Below are positions 28,676 through 40,411 of a stretch of DNA of 64,000 nucleotides, in pieces (position 1 is the stretch's first letter; each line of letters starts with the position of its first letter). The stretch is taken from positions 306,784 to 370,783 of the forward strand of contig NW_027192218.1 in NCBI RefSeq assembly GCF_041956535.1, written 5' to 3'. Made by a program: the position numbers and the translations under genes. Origin of the DNA: Calcarisporiella thermophila CBS 279.70 (lineage: Eukaryota > Fungi > Calcarisporiellomycota). Below the pieces are notes generated by a model that was not told the DNA's origin, ran no database searches, and saw only the letters and a list, made by a program, of their open reading frames with translations.

Positions 28676-28692
28676 TTAAGCCCTGCTATTCG

Positions 28693-28995
28693 AGAATAAC
28701 ACGATGTTAGTGAACCAGATACTGAATTTGGCAAGAATCCGAGAAGTGATGGGGGCCTTGATCCTTCTTGACCAAGTGAAAGAATATGACCGAATTGATA
28801 GATCCTGGCTCTTAAGTTGCTTCAAAGCCTTTGGGTGTGGTCCAACTTTCATCAATTTCATCAGCCGCCTATACAGCAACAACTCGGCAGCAATCGTCAT
28901 CAACGGATACATTAGTAAAAGCTTCCCGGTTGAACAGGGAGTTCGACAAGGAGACCCACTATCACCGCTATTATACAACCTGGCACTGGATGTAT
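28693..28995 (+). mobile_element. LINE (L1/Tx1-like) reverse transcriptase fragment
   Basis: ALILLDQVKEYDRIDRSWL..FGCGPTFINFISRLY..IVINGYISKSFPVEQGVRQGDPLSPLLYNLALD matches non-LTR RT subdomains 3-4; similarity ends before YADD. Confidence 0.92.
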
Positions 28996-30002
28996 CAAAA
29001 GATGAATTGAGTTTGGATATCAGGGGCTGCGTCACAAAAAGCGCAACGGACAATACGATATCCGAGGATTTCGAAATTTCTGCTTACTCCTGGGAGATAT
29101 GGGTTGTTTTGCGCTTATTTTATTATTGCGAATTATAGATGCGTGAAACGATAGTATGTACTATTGGCGTACATATTATCTGTAATTATTTTCATCCTTG
29201 AGAAAAGGCTGCTATGGAAGAATTTGCCACTGTTTAATACAAGAGTTAAAGAAACAATTAGTCTTTTACTCCGACATAAATGTTCAGGTGGGAGAAAGGG
29301 TGCTTCTTACATGCATGAAATCTTATTTAATTACAGTATTTAAATCTTAACATTAAACATATGAGCTCGCTTGAAAATTCTTAAATTGCAATAGACATGT
29401 ATACTGCATCCATTCAGTGTATACCTTCATCGTTAGAAATTAGCGATGTAAAATACTCGACCGTGAAATACTAAAGTATAGCTATGGAGAGCTGGTTGAA
29501 ATACCGCGATTTGAGAGTCTTCCTTCACTATTCAGGGCCTGGTTCACTTATTCATTTTTTAGGCGGAAAAGACAACAAAGAATGTCAGCATGGGCCGAAA
29601 AATAACGACTCATTCATATAAGAGCGCTTATAAAATTTACTTAGATGGATTCAATATGCATATTTCTTCTATACCTTAGGCGCCTACGAATATTATATGG
29701 AAATTACAATTCAAATTAGGAATAATTGCGCCTCCGAAATCAACGAAACATTTAGCATATTATATTCTGATTACCCAAATATAATAAAAACACAGCATCT
29801 GAATCTACAGAAGAAACAAGCAGGAAGGATTTGTCACATATATGGTCGATCTAAGCCTTTTGAAGTGAGAGGTTAAGATCTGCTTAGCCGAATATAGGGT
29901 TGATTCTTTAGTATAAGAACGGTTATCCAAACGCCGAAAAACTTCATATTTAAACGCTCCTGTTGAAAGCAAGTTAGCCATAGCTTTTCATCTTTTTCTA
30001 CC

Positions 30003-30335
30003 ATGTCGCAATCCAAAAATCACCCGTCAAACACTACGTACCAAACTTCCCATCGATTTGAACGCGCACAACCCCGCGAGCATGTGGGGGATACCACTCG
30101 AGGAGACTCGACTTTTGCTATTAATGAATCGGCTGCTCCTACTCTTCTTCCTGAATCCGCTGAGAAAATCCATATCGATCACCATGGAAAGGATCCCAAT
30201 TTGAGCAGTGAGGAAAAAACCAGCCTGCGTGGCAAAGAGAGTATTGATACATTGGGAATGTCAGATACTTTAAACGAGGGAGAGAGACATCTGGAAGCAG
30301 TCAGAGGGGGTAGATGGAATAAGGGAACTCACTAA
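30003..30335 (+). CDS. Small hydrophilic hypothetical protein (110 aa)
   Basis: Intronless ORF in AT-rich surroundings, ACCATG start context, TATA-like tatttaaa about 55 nt upstream; no recognised motif. Confidence 0.5.
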   Translation: MSQSKNHPSNTTYQTSHRFERAQPREHVGDTTRGDSTFAINESAAPTLLPESAEKIHIDHHGKDPNLSSEEKTSLRGKESIDTLGMSDTLNEGERHLEAVRGGRWNKGTH

Positions 30336-31451
30336 GCACGAGCCGCGTAAAGCTAATATTATCTTGCATTAAAAATTAAGTTGAATATATCTATTTTTCT
30401 TAATCAATGCTGATCCAAAATCAAATTCAACAACATCATGTTATGTGTAAAAGAAAACAAAGATATACATTTCAGATCATTTCTTTCAAGAGTTCCAAGA
30501 GTAAATAAAATCCCGTCAACAGGTAAAAGCCATAAAACAAATCTTTTATTAAAGTATGTGTTCGTCGATGTTCCAAAATCGGATAATAGCCTTCATTAGT
30601 GGAATCTGAAACCCCGAGCACACCTCTAAAGGCTACAAGCAACACTTTGATTTCATGAGGAAACGCAAGACAAAGCAGGGCCGATTCTCCATCTTCCTAC
30701 ACGAATTTGTCGGGAATTCATAAGATCAAGATAGCAATCTTGATGTATGACTAAGGGACATAAAGAAATTTCACAAAGCACTTAACTCCCTAATTTGGTT
30801 CTCGTGGTCAAAGGGTTAGGACGTAGGGAATAGATCAGAGAGGGTTCAAGCAGAATATAGGAAAGAGCGCACACATCCATATTAATGATGGCCAAAGGCT
30901 AGTCTTCAGCTTTGAGGAAGCACAGAAAAGCCAGCCCTAATAATTGTAAAAATTTTTTTTCCAATTAAGTTTCTTGTGATTAATATTTTCTTCAGAGTTT
31001 CATTTTAAGTATAATATTGTATAATAAATATACATAGACTGTATAGATAACAGTTGTTTCTAAATAAAGACCTTCAATATAGAGCTCTAACGAGTGGTAT
31101 ATTTGAAAGCTAATCAATTGCACATGATTGAACCGATAAAATCTCTATATGGTAGTATAAAAATATAGAAATACTGGTGCAGAAAAGCAATAGTAGTTAT
31201 GTTGGCAGATTCAAAAACAAAATATGCAACCGATCAGGATGAAGGGATCTTACGAAACTAATACAATCCACCTTTGTGACAACTCGGGTCTATCCAAAGT
31301 CATTTTGCAATAGTTTGCTAATGCAATTATCTCTTTTACTCTTGCTCCTTATCTTAAGCAAGCAATAGGAGGAATGTTCTTGGAACTCAAAAGAGGTTAA
31401 TATTATTTTAAACAAACAACAATAATTACACAAATATCGAGAAAAAAAGAC

Positions 31452-32797
31452 TTATTGTGACCGCACATTCCCAGTGGTGTTATAGTAAGATCCAACAAAC
31501 TTGGATCCACCTGCTGAATGCCCCATACTCATACCTACTCCAGGGGTCGGATGTATTGGCGTTTGTTGCGGGTGCGTATACTGCTGAAAAGTATAGCTGC
31601 TCCCTCTTGCTCCCGCTGGGGTACCGAAACCAGTTCCGACTCCACTTCCTCGTATTGGCGTTTTTAAAGGAGAACTTGTCATACCTTGATAGGGTGGGGC
31701 GGCTTGCTGTGGTTGCGCAGGTGCAGTCCCGTAGCTGGATTTTCCCGATTGCGCCTCCGGTTTTGAGTATGCAGGTGCTATCCCAGCGTTGGCAGGATGT
31801 GCATTGAACACTGCTCCATTGGAGAAGTGAGCAAATGGCTTTTGTGGAGGTAGAGTGCCTCGGAATGCGGTTTCCAGGTGCGGAAGACGAGCCATCGCGC
31901 GAGGAAGTGCTTCAGGGTCAGAAGATACCAGCAGCTCAGCGGGAGACGTTCGGTTAACCAATTGAAAGAGTTGGCGTTGTAACGTGTTTGCGATAGCTTT
32001 TTCGCGTTCGGTGGGATCAACGATGCCACGACGTAAGCGTACGCTCTGAATCGCTTTCAAATATTCTAATAAGCTTGCGTTACTCTCTAGTAATTTATCT
32101 GCATCGCACTCTTCTAATTCTTCATCTTTTAAAAGGGTTATGGGCATTATTTCGAGCTCCTCAGCCAGCTGTTTGAGATCGCGGTCGTGTGTTCTAACGT
32201 GGGTATGGAGATAATTAAGACAGTTAAGATCGGAGGATGAAAGATCTGCGTGGTAGGAGTCTACTGCGGGAGCAAATGTTGCGGTCGGCCCATAGTCAAG
32301 CGATTTGACTGTAATGTGTACAATCGTGGAAAGTTGAGTAAAAGAAATAAATAAAATGCTGTAAACGTTAAAACATAATACGTGCCTGTTTTGAGCTTTT
32401 TCTCTTCGCGCTTTGTTTCTGTGCTCGAAATGTTTCCAAGCGTCTGCACATGTTTCATGGACTGCGTAGGGATAATCGCAAGCTTTTCAACTTCACCCTC
32501 TAGACATTATGAGTCAAAAATCAGAAGCTGAAGATTAAAAAGCAATTCGAAGAGAACATCAAACCTACCAAGAACTAAATCCGGGCCATCTTTCCCAGGG
32601 CCAGTGAATATGAACCCTTGGGGAGTTCGCTGGAAGAGGGCTATCTTAGCGTGGTCGCGAGCGGGAAATTTGTCTTCTTTATTCTCCTCTGCATCGTTGG
32701 ATTGATGGTCCTGTTCGGTTGCCAACTCGGGCGACGAAAATGTTGGAGAGTCTGTGATAGGTCTTTCTAAAGTTGATCTTCTCTTGTGTTCAACCAT
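31452..32797 (-). CDS. BRD7/BRD9 C-terminal-region-like (DUF3512/Rsc58-like) chromatin-remodeller subunit; 3 exons
   Basis: Spliced VKSLDYGPTATFAPAVDSYHADLS resembles the BRD7/9 YGPYSSFAP.YDS motif, followed by a helical segment LLESNASLLEYLKAIQSVRL..E..IANTLQRQL. Confidence 0.6.
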
Positions 32798-33050
32798 ATG
32801 CCTATATTGATAATGAGGAAGAACGCAAGGATATTATATATGACATTCGTTGCTAAATGTTTCAAGTTCTCCCTGTCTTACTATTTGAGGCGCAGCGTTA
32901 TGTAATTGATTTGAAAAACCTGGGGCGGTAGGGAGGAGAGACGCGCAAATCAGAGTTTTTTATCATCATTTTTTTCGATTAAGACAGGATTAGTCTCTTT
33001 TATACTTCTACTTCCTCATCAAACTATATACATCCGCATACTGCTAAGTA

Positions 33051-34699
33051 ATGGCCGGTAAGCAGCATATTTTTTGGGTTTTCCTCCGACGACATGCTTT
33101 TAATGTTGGATCCATCATCTTCCAACGGTATGTCGATTGGGGTGGTATAACAATCATCTAAAGCACCTATTCCCTGCATTTTTGAACACAACTATAGCAG
33201 AAGACGTTGCGAATCCTGCCGGACAGGATCAGTTTAAACAAATGAATGGCAAGGTATTATTTTTTTTTTTCGCTTTCAGATGCACTCATCATCATGAGCT
33301 AATTATAAATATGGTGTGTAAATAAGCCTGGTATAAAAGTCATTCATAAAAAGCTATCCGGCTACGTTGGTTTCGCGAATCTTCCAAATCAAGTACATCG
33401 CAAATCTGTCAAAAAAGGATTTGAGTTTACCGTGATGGTTGTGGGTGAATCGGGTTTGGGCAAATCCACCATGGTGAACACCCTATTCAATGCCAATCTT
33501 TATCCGCCTAAAACCGACATCGATCCCTCTGCTGAACTCCCTAAAACGGTGCAAATACAGAGTATTTCGGCGGACATTGAAGAAAATGGGGTGAAGCTCA
33601 GATTGACGGTAGTGGATACCCCTGGGTTTGGTGACTTTGTGAATAACGAAGAGAGCTGGAAACCCATCTTGGAGAATATTGAGGCACGATTCGACGCTTA
33701 TTTGGAACAAGAGAATAGGGTCAATCGGCACAAAATTGTGGACAATCGAATTGGAGCCTGTCTGTACTTTATTGCCCCCACTGGTCACTCGTAAGTTTTG
33801 GCCGCATTGATGGGCCATATACTATGCTCGGAGAAGCAGCCTCTAAATCGATTTGTTTTGGCTAGGTTAAAACCTCTCGATATCGAATTTATGCGGCGTC
33901 TTCACAACCGCGTCAACCTTATTCCTGTGATTGCCAAAGCTGATACACTCACCGAGGAAGAAATCGCCGTGTTTAAGGAGCGTATCCTCGCAGATATCGC
34001 CTATCATAAAATCAACATTTACCGTGCACCAGTATACGAATATGATGATGATGAGACCGTCTCAGAGAATCAGGAAATTATGAGCAAGATTCCGTTTGCA
34101 GTTGTGGGAAGCAATAAAGAAATAGAGCTCGCGGGTGGGATACGAGTCCGTGGCCGTGAGTACCCATGGGGTGTGATTGAGGTGGACAACGAGGAGCATT
34201 GCGATTTTGTCAAGTTGCGGCAAATGCTTGTGCGTACACACATGGAGGAGTTGAAGGTAAAATGGAGTAGGGTGTTGATGCGGATTCCATGCTTAAACTG
34301 AATTGCAAATATCGATCCATGTAGGAGCACACGCACAATATCCTCTACGAAACCTATCGCAGCGAGAAGTTGGCCGCACTCGGTATTCAGCAAGATGATC
34401 GTGTTTTCCGTGAGGTCGCCGATCCTCTTGCGAAGATGGAGGAGGAGAGACGTTTGCATGAGCAGAAGCTTGCCAAGATGGAGGCGGAAATGCGAACTGT
34501 TTTCCAGCAAAAGGTCCAAGAGAAAGAAGCCAAACTCAAACAATCCGAGGAGGAGCTCTATGCACGTCATCGCGAGATGAAGGAAGCCCTCGAAAAACAG
34601 AGATTGGAGCTTGAGGAGAAGAAGCGTCGGCTGGAAAGTGGCCGTCCCATTACCCCTGAAAAGAAGAAGAAGGCTTTCACATTCACCACAAATAAATAA
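33051..34699 (+). CDS. CDC3: Septin, Cdc3/SEPT7 group; multi-exon
   Basis: [55 protein letters not shown] and a C-terminal coiled coil. Confidence 0.92.
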
Positions 34700-34957
34700 A
34701 ATTTTTAGAATAAGAGCATGTAGAGAGGTTTTTGTAATCATGAGCGTTTTTTATCCCCTTTTTCTCCTACTATTATTTTTACATCCCTTTTTACTCTTTT
34801 ACCTTCATATTTTTTTCAAACTATTATCTTTATACTCTGTTATTGAATGTGTTTTATGTGCTTATTCTAGGAATTTTTTTTTTCACATTTATTTTTTTAA
34901 AAAAAATAAAGAATAATACTAAAAACATCATTTTTATTATAATACAGTCCGCAGTGT

Positions 34958-37012
34958 CTATTTTTTTTCTAATTCCATACGATGCTTGGCAACACAACTA
35001 ACGCTACAATATCGGTACACTAGCCGCTCGAAAGGAACACGGCCCTCCAATGGCTCTCCACATGCATCGCATTTAGGCCCACTGGTGGTCGTGTTATTCG
35101 CGGACACGCTCATCCCAGGGGTTCCGCGGCCAGCCGATTTGGCCATCCTTGCCTCGGCTGCTCTGGCTCGCCGCTCACGCTCAATACGCATGCGCATTTC
35201 AGGTGAAAGAGACATATCGTCACGGGAGGGCACAGAGGAGGCGACGCCCATTCCGCCTAAGGTTACAGTGCTCTTCTTGGATCCCCCCTCTTCTTGCTTG
35301 GATGCCAATTCTGCCTCGGTCTCTTTTTCCTTTTTCTTGCTGGCCTTTTTACGTTCTTTCTCCTTCTTTCGCTTGTCTCGCAACTTCGCAGCCTCTCGCT
35401 CCTCCATCTCTTTAGTAAGAGCGCTGGGGACCCGCGCTGCTGCCCAATCCCATTCTCCAGGTTGCTCGGCCATTCTTCTCCGAAATATGTTTCGGGTTTC
35501 TTTATCTTTTGCAACCTCGTAGGGAGTCTTGTTGGTAGCGGAAGATAGCACGGTAGGATCGCCGCCGTTACTAAGTAAATACTCAACAAGCTGGGGGTGT
35601 CCCTGGTGCGCAGCATAGTGTAGCAGTGTAGGGGTGTCGGGTAGGTGTGGAGTTAATGGAACATGGACCGAAAGCTCATGTTTGCGAAGATGAGAATCAA
35701 GAAGGTCAACTTTTCCTCGTCTAGCGAAATCTATCGCTTTGGTAATAACTGGGTCCTCTTTTTCTTTCTCCTCTTCTGTTCCTCGCTCCCGCTCTTTTTC
35801 CTTTTTGCTCTTTGGCATTGGCTCCGGTTTGGGGGGCGAGATGGGGGGTATAGCATTTTTCAATTCTGACATATTATCTAAGCCGACTCCGGCAAGCCAG
35901 CCCTCAACATCACTCTTCGTCAGCCGTACCAGCTTACACCCTGTGAGCTCCCATAAATTTCTTCGCAGCTCACTGAGAGTCGGTCTCCGCGTTGAAAATG
36001 GAAATCCGCTTACTCTCTCGTCATCCTTCTTCATTAGCCATACTCCCACCTCTCCCTTTTCACCAAACAAAGTCTTCTTATTATTACCTCCAGGCGCATG
36101 AACCCAAATTTTCTCACTCTCTTGTATCAACTTTTTCCACTCCACAAGCAATTCACGAACTTCTTTCCTCAACATAGCCTCATTGTGACGACGTATCTGT
36201 GCACCCGCAGATTTTGCGCGGCCTTTTGCAGAATCGTTCGTAGACTGTGAGCCACCTTGCTTTTTCCGCACAGTGTAACGGTGAAAGCTCTTGTGGGTCA
36301 AAATCCTGAAGCCCTCATTTTGGCCTTTTCCCGTGGAAGGAGCTGTGATTTCGGCAACACATCCCGCAAAGTGCCCTCCCGAGAGCATAAGAAGTGTCCA
36401 TATCCTCGGTTTTTGTTGTTTTTTATGCGTTAGTTGCGACTGCTGAAGAGCGAGAAGAGTGGGCTCGGATAAGACTTGTTTATATACACCCAGATTGACT
36501 GTCTCGTTTTCATATTCTCCGCGAAACCAGAGTAAAGGGCCACTCCTTTCTTTTTTTTCGTATTCACTTGTGTCGTTTTCTATCTGTGTTCCGGCCCTTC
36601 GAATGACCTCTTCGATTTTGCCCCTTCTCTTTTCTATTTCTTCCTCTTCCTCCTCCTCGCTCTCACTAGCTTCCAATCCCGAGCTTGATCCTGAAAGTGA
36701 TTCGGTCAACTCTTCTATTACTTCCTCGAATTCCTCTTCTGTGAGGGGCAGCTGACCAGTAAGGCGTCTCTTAACATTTAGACGGTGATGGTCACTTCGG
36801 AAGTGGGGCCGTTGCTCCTCAGCATTAGCAAAAGTGAGGGCACAAATGTTACAGGTCAAGTTATTGCTTTCATCTTCAGGGATAGTTGCAGGAAAAAGGA
36901 GCTGTGGCTCGGGCGGCGGAGGAGGCGGCAGAGGATTAGCTTCAAGTGGCTTGAGGGTAGAGAGAAAATGTACTGGAAGTCGATGATATTGCAAGCGAGG
37001 GAGATCGGTCAT
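34958..37012 (-). CDS. VMS1: Vms1/ANKZF1 ribosome quality-control tRNA nuclease (C2H2, VLRF1, ankyrin, treble clef)
   Basis: Intronless 684 aa: CNIC..HFRSDHH, GGHFAG, HKSFHRYTVRKKQGGSQS, SAGAQIRR, ankyrin LLHYAA, C-terminal CDAC..YCSVSC. Confidence 0.95.
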   Translation of the reverse strand: MTDLPRLQYHRLPVHFLSTLKPLEANPLPPPPPPEPQLLFPATIPEDESNNLTCNICALTFANAEEQRPHFRSDHHRLNVKRRLTGQLPLTEEEFEEVIEELTESLSGSSSGLEASESEEEEEEEIEKRRGKIEEVIRRAGTQIENDTSEYEKKERSGPLLWFRGEYENETVNLGVYKQVLSEPTLLALQQSQLTHKKQQKPRIWTLLMLSGGHFAGCVAEITAPSTGKGQNEGFRILTHKSFHRYTVRKKQGGSQSTNDSAKGRAKSAGAQIRRHNEAMLRKEVRELLVEWKKLIQESEKIWVHAPGGNNKKTLFGEKGEVGVWLMKKDDERVSGFPFSTRRPTLSELRRNLWELTGCKLVRLTKSDVEGWLAGVGLDNMSELKNAIPPISPPKPEPMPKSKKEKERERGTEEEKEKEDPVITKAIDFARRGKVDLLDSHLRKHELSVHVPLTPHLPDTPTLLHYAAHQGHPQLVEYLLSNGGDPTVLSSATNKTPYEVAKDKETRNIFRRRMAEQPGEWDWAAARVPSALTKEMEEREAAKLRDKRKKEKERKKASKKKEKETEAELASKQEEGGSKKSTVTLGGMGVASSVPSRDDMSLSPEMRMRIERERRARAAEARMAKSAGRGTPGMSVSANNTTTSGPKCDACGEPLEGRVPFERLVYRYCSVSCVAKHRMELEKK

Positions 37013-37233
37013 TCTTGTTGCAATTCCGCAAAGTGAATACGACTTCTATAGACATCTCTTTACGTGTCATTAAATATTTATAAGCCACCAAAATTATTCA
37101 GCAGTCATTGTTCAAATATTGTTTTATTGCCATTTAAAGTATTTTGGTAAATGAGTAATAAATAAAAGAAAAAATTCTATGAGAAAATGGTGATTAAATA
37201 TACAAAAGTAGAATAATCTGGCGTCTAGAATGA

Positions 37234-37938
37234 TTACAGATCCTCTTGTTTTTCTGTCTTTATATCCTCGTGTGCCTCAGTGTGCATTGCTTTTTGTAGA
37301 ATTTCATTGTCTTTCTCGGGTGTGTTATTCGGCAATTTGAACCCCAAGGCCTTTAAAAGCTTCTACTTACAAAAATATCCTTCAATGAAACACCAAAATA
37401 ATTGCCCTGCATTATAATAAAGACATACCTTCTGCTGGTGGAAACATCTCCAGAAGTCGGTCCTCTCGTTTTCACATAGCCTCATTTTGTCCCACCATTT
37501 TCCATTCTGAAAACACTGTTGTAGCTTTTCGTGTTTCTCGGCACAATTGGCGAGTGCAGCATTGTAAATTTCACGCCTCTGGATAGAAGATTCAGCCTCA
37601 GTCATAGGGAGTTTAATCTTGGTGGATCCCGAGGAAGATGTAGATTGTGAAGAGGAATTATCCGATCTGAAGGAGAGAGGGTTGAGTGTAGGCGCATGGA
37701 ACGTAAAGCGCCAATTTGCGTCTTCTTTTTCATTTTCTGTCTCTTTCTCTGCGGGAATAGAGTTGCCATCTTTGGCTATTGGATGAGTGGATGATTGAGG
37801 AAGTTCTGGTGAGGATGTATCTAACTGAGAGGGGGTAAAATCCTGTAGAGAAGTATCCAATTCCGATATCGCTCTATCCAGATATTCACGAGTTGCTGGT
37901 GACTTGTTATCGTTGGACATTTTCTCTCTTGCAGTCAT
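37234..37938 (-). CDS. Twin CX9C-motif protein (possible mitochondrial intermembrane-space protein); 2 exons
   Basis: CAEKHEKLQQC and CENERTDFWRC; second exon KLLKALGF..EDL* ends at 37234. Confidence 0.7.
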
Positions 37939-38104
37939 GAGGCAGGATCAAGAATTCAGGGACTTTGTTTGAATATATTGTTGAATATAGAAGATATTAA
38001 TAAAATAGAATCAAAGCCACGGGTAGTCACTTATTCATCGTTTTGTGATTATCGTTCACGTTTACTTTTGCCGAATACTAATAATATTCACAACGCTTTC
38101 CAAC

Positions 38105-39544
38105 ATGGAAGAGCAAAATATTGAAAAGCTCAAACATGTTGAGCAGATAAATGAAGAAACCGACGAAGAAGCAGAGGAAGTTCATGAGGAGGAATTAGCC
38201 GTAGACAGGGAAGGAGAGGAAGGTGAGAAGCTAAATTACGCTATACTAATTTTTTTAAAGGAGCATGAGGAACTTAAATCTGGCGGTATAACTAGATATT
38301 CTAAGCGAATACCCGGATGATAGCGAGGAAATTGAACTGATTCACGCAAGATTGACTGCGATTCCTAATCTCGAACGCTTTAAACATTTGAAAGTATTAT
38401 CAAAACTCTACTATCGCACGCGTATTCAATTACTTACCGTTTATTGTGTTCAGAGAATATGTTTTCGCCAAAATCTGATAACAACCGTTAATTCACTTGA
38501 TAGTCTTACTAATCTTGAAGAGATTGACTTTTATGATAATCGCATATCTTATGTTGAGGGGTTTGAAAAGCTAGAGAATTTACAGTAGAGTACCCCTAGT
38601 ATTTTTTACAATTTACATTCCGCAAATTCTCATAACTTGGCTCCATTAGGTATTTGGATTTATCGTTTAACAAGATCCGGAAGATTGAGAACATCGAAAT
38701 GCTCACCAAGTTAGTCCAGGTGTTCTTTGTGAGCAATAAGATCTCGCGTATAGAAAACTTAAACACTTTACAGAATATTACAAATTTGGAACTCGGGGCA
38801 AACCGAATCAGGGTAACTATAAAGCTATACAATGACCTCGATAGCTTTTTTTCGAGTGGTACCATGGAGAGGTATTTACTAAGATAACATTGCGTTTCCT
38901 TGGTACTTGATTTTCTGATAGAGGATCGAGGGCCTCGAAGCTCTAGTGAACCTTGAGCAACTTTGGCTTGGCAAGAATAAGATCACCCAACTTGAAAACC
39001 TCTCGCCCCTCCGCAACCTCAAACTTTTAAGTATTCAAAGCAACCGTCTAACCAAGATCGAGGGACTTGAGGAGCTAGAATCACTAGAGGAAATATATTT
39101 AAGTCATAACGGAATTGAAAAATTGGAAGGGTTTGAGAAAAACGTAGAATCACTCCATTTCCGGAAGAATGTTAGAGAGTTTAGGCTAATTTATTTTTTG
39201 AGTAGTTAAAACTGCGTGTCATTGATATCGCAAATAATCGGGTGACTCGCGTTGAGAATATATCGCACCTCCCCCACCTTGAAGAGTTTTGGGCGAATAA
39301 CAATCAGCTTGAGTCTTTTGAAGAGGTGGAGCGCGAACTTGGCCAAGCCAAGAAGCTGACTACGATATATCTTGAAGGCAACCCATTACAGACACGAAAT
39401 ATGGCACAGTACAGATTGAAAGTAAAGCTGGCCTTACCTCAAGTGTTACAAATCGACGCAACGTAATATGGACGAACATTGATGGAGTAGAAATCAATCC
39501 ATTCTAACGAGTCGCCGTCTCTATTAATTAGGTATGTGCGATGA
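38105..39544 (+). CDS. SDS22: Protein phosphatase 1 regulatory subunit Sds22 (LRR); multi-exon
   Basis: LRRs FRQNLI, DFYDNRI, DLSFNKI, ELGANRI, WLGKNKI, SIQSNRL, YLSHNGI; LRR cap IYLEGNPLQ..QIDAT|YVR. Confidence 0.95.
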
Positions 39545-39711
39545 AAAAAGGCTTGCTTTGATTCTCGGAGTGACTGCAGACATAAAATAAAGAGTATTCA
39601 CAGGTTTATTGAGATAAACGAAAACGTCGACATGGTATAGCTAGAGGAAATGAAAAATTAATTAAGCATTTACAAATGAGGTGAAGAGGCATTAGGATAG
39701 TTCAATTCAGG

Positions 39712-40411
39712 CTATTTTCCAAATTTTTGCTTCAGTTGATCCACCTTGTCCTTACCAAAGGCTACATACACATCCTCGGGTGCCGATCCAATAGACGCAT
39801 CCCAAGAGTCTTTAGTGCCCTTGCGATTGATGGATTGATAATTTTGTCTATTGTCTCTTGAATTTTCGTGAGAGGCAACTGAGGAAGAAGCGACAGGTTG
39901 AGGGGTACGATTCCATTGATAATAAGAAATACTTCTACGCTTTCGATCATTATATCTCAGCAAACTTTCATTTTCCTCATCCTGCTCAAGCGCTTTTCTT
40001 ATCCGATGCTTATATTGACACCGCCACAAAATACCGATGGTAAAGGACAAGAGCAGGACGAGAATGATACCGGAGATAATGGAAATTTCTGCAGAAGGAG
40101 ACACCATACATTGGTGATATCGAAATGTCAGATCCGTATCGTGAGGACAAAACTCTGCAAATTCTGCCCCTAAAAATGAGCCTGGAACACAACGATTTTC
40201 CTAATAGTACACTTTGAGTTCAAATGAGTTAAAAAAAAACCACGGGTTGAACTCTCTACTGACATTGATGCAGAACCCGCACCGAGGGTCTCGTACACAA
40301 AGACTACAATTTTTGTGTTTCGAACAAACCTCTAGAGCTGTCAAAATTAATGATTAGCATAGTGGTATTGTTAAAAAGAAAGGAAAAGAAATCACCGTCG
40401 ATGTTAGACAT
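39712..40411 (-). CDS. PSI-domain single-pass membrane protein (PTTG1IP-like); 3 exons
   Basis: Spliced MSNID|ALEVCSKHKNCSLCVRDPRCGFCIN|ENRCVPG..FCPH..YHQCMV, then a TM helix and C-terminal DQLKQKFGK. Confidence 0.7.

Noticed and set aside
28472-28699. 75-aa ORF inside the SINE body
   Set aside because: TTG start, runs through the poly(A) tail and TSD, no motif.
30797-30851. tRNA-like relic (TGGTCAAAGGGTTAGGAC..GGTTCAAG)
   Set aside because: D-arm-like only; no acceptor, anticodon or T stems and no TSD.
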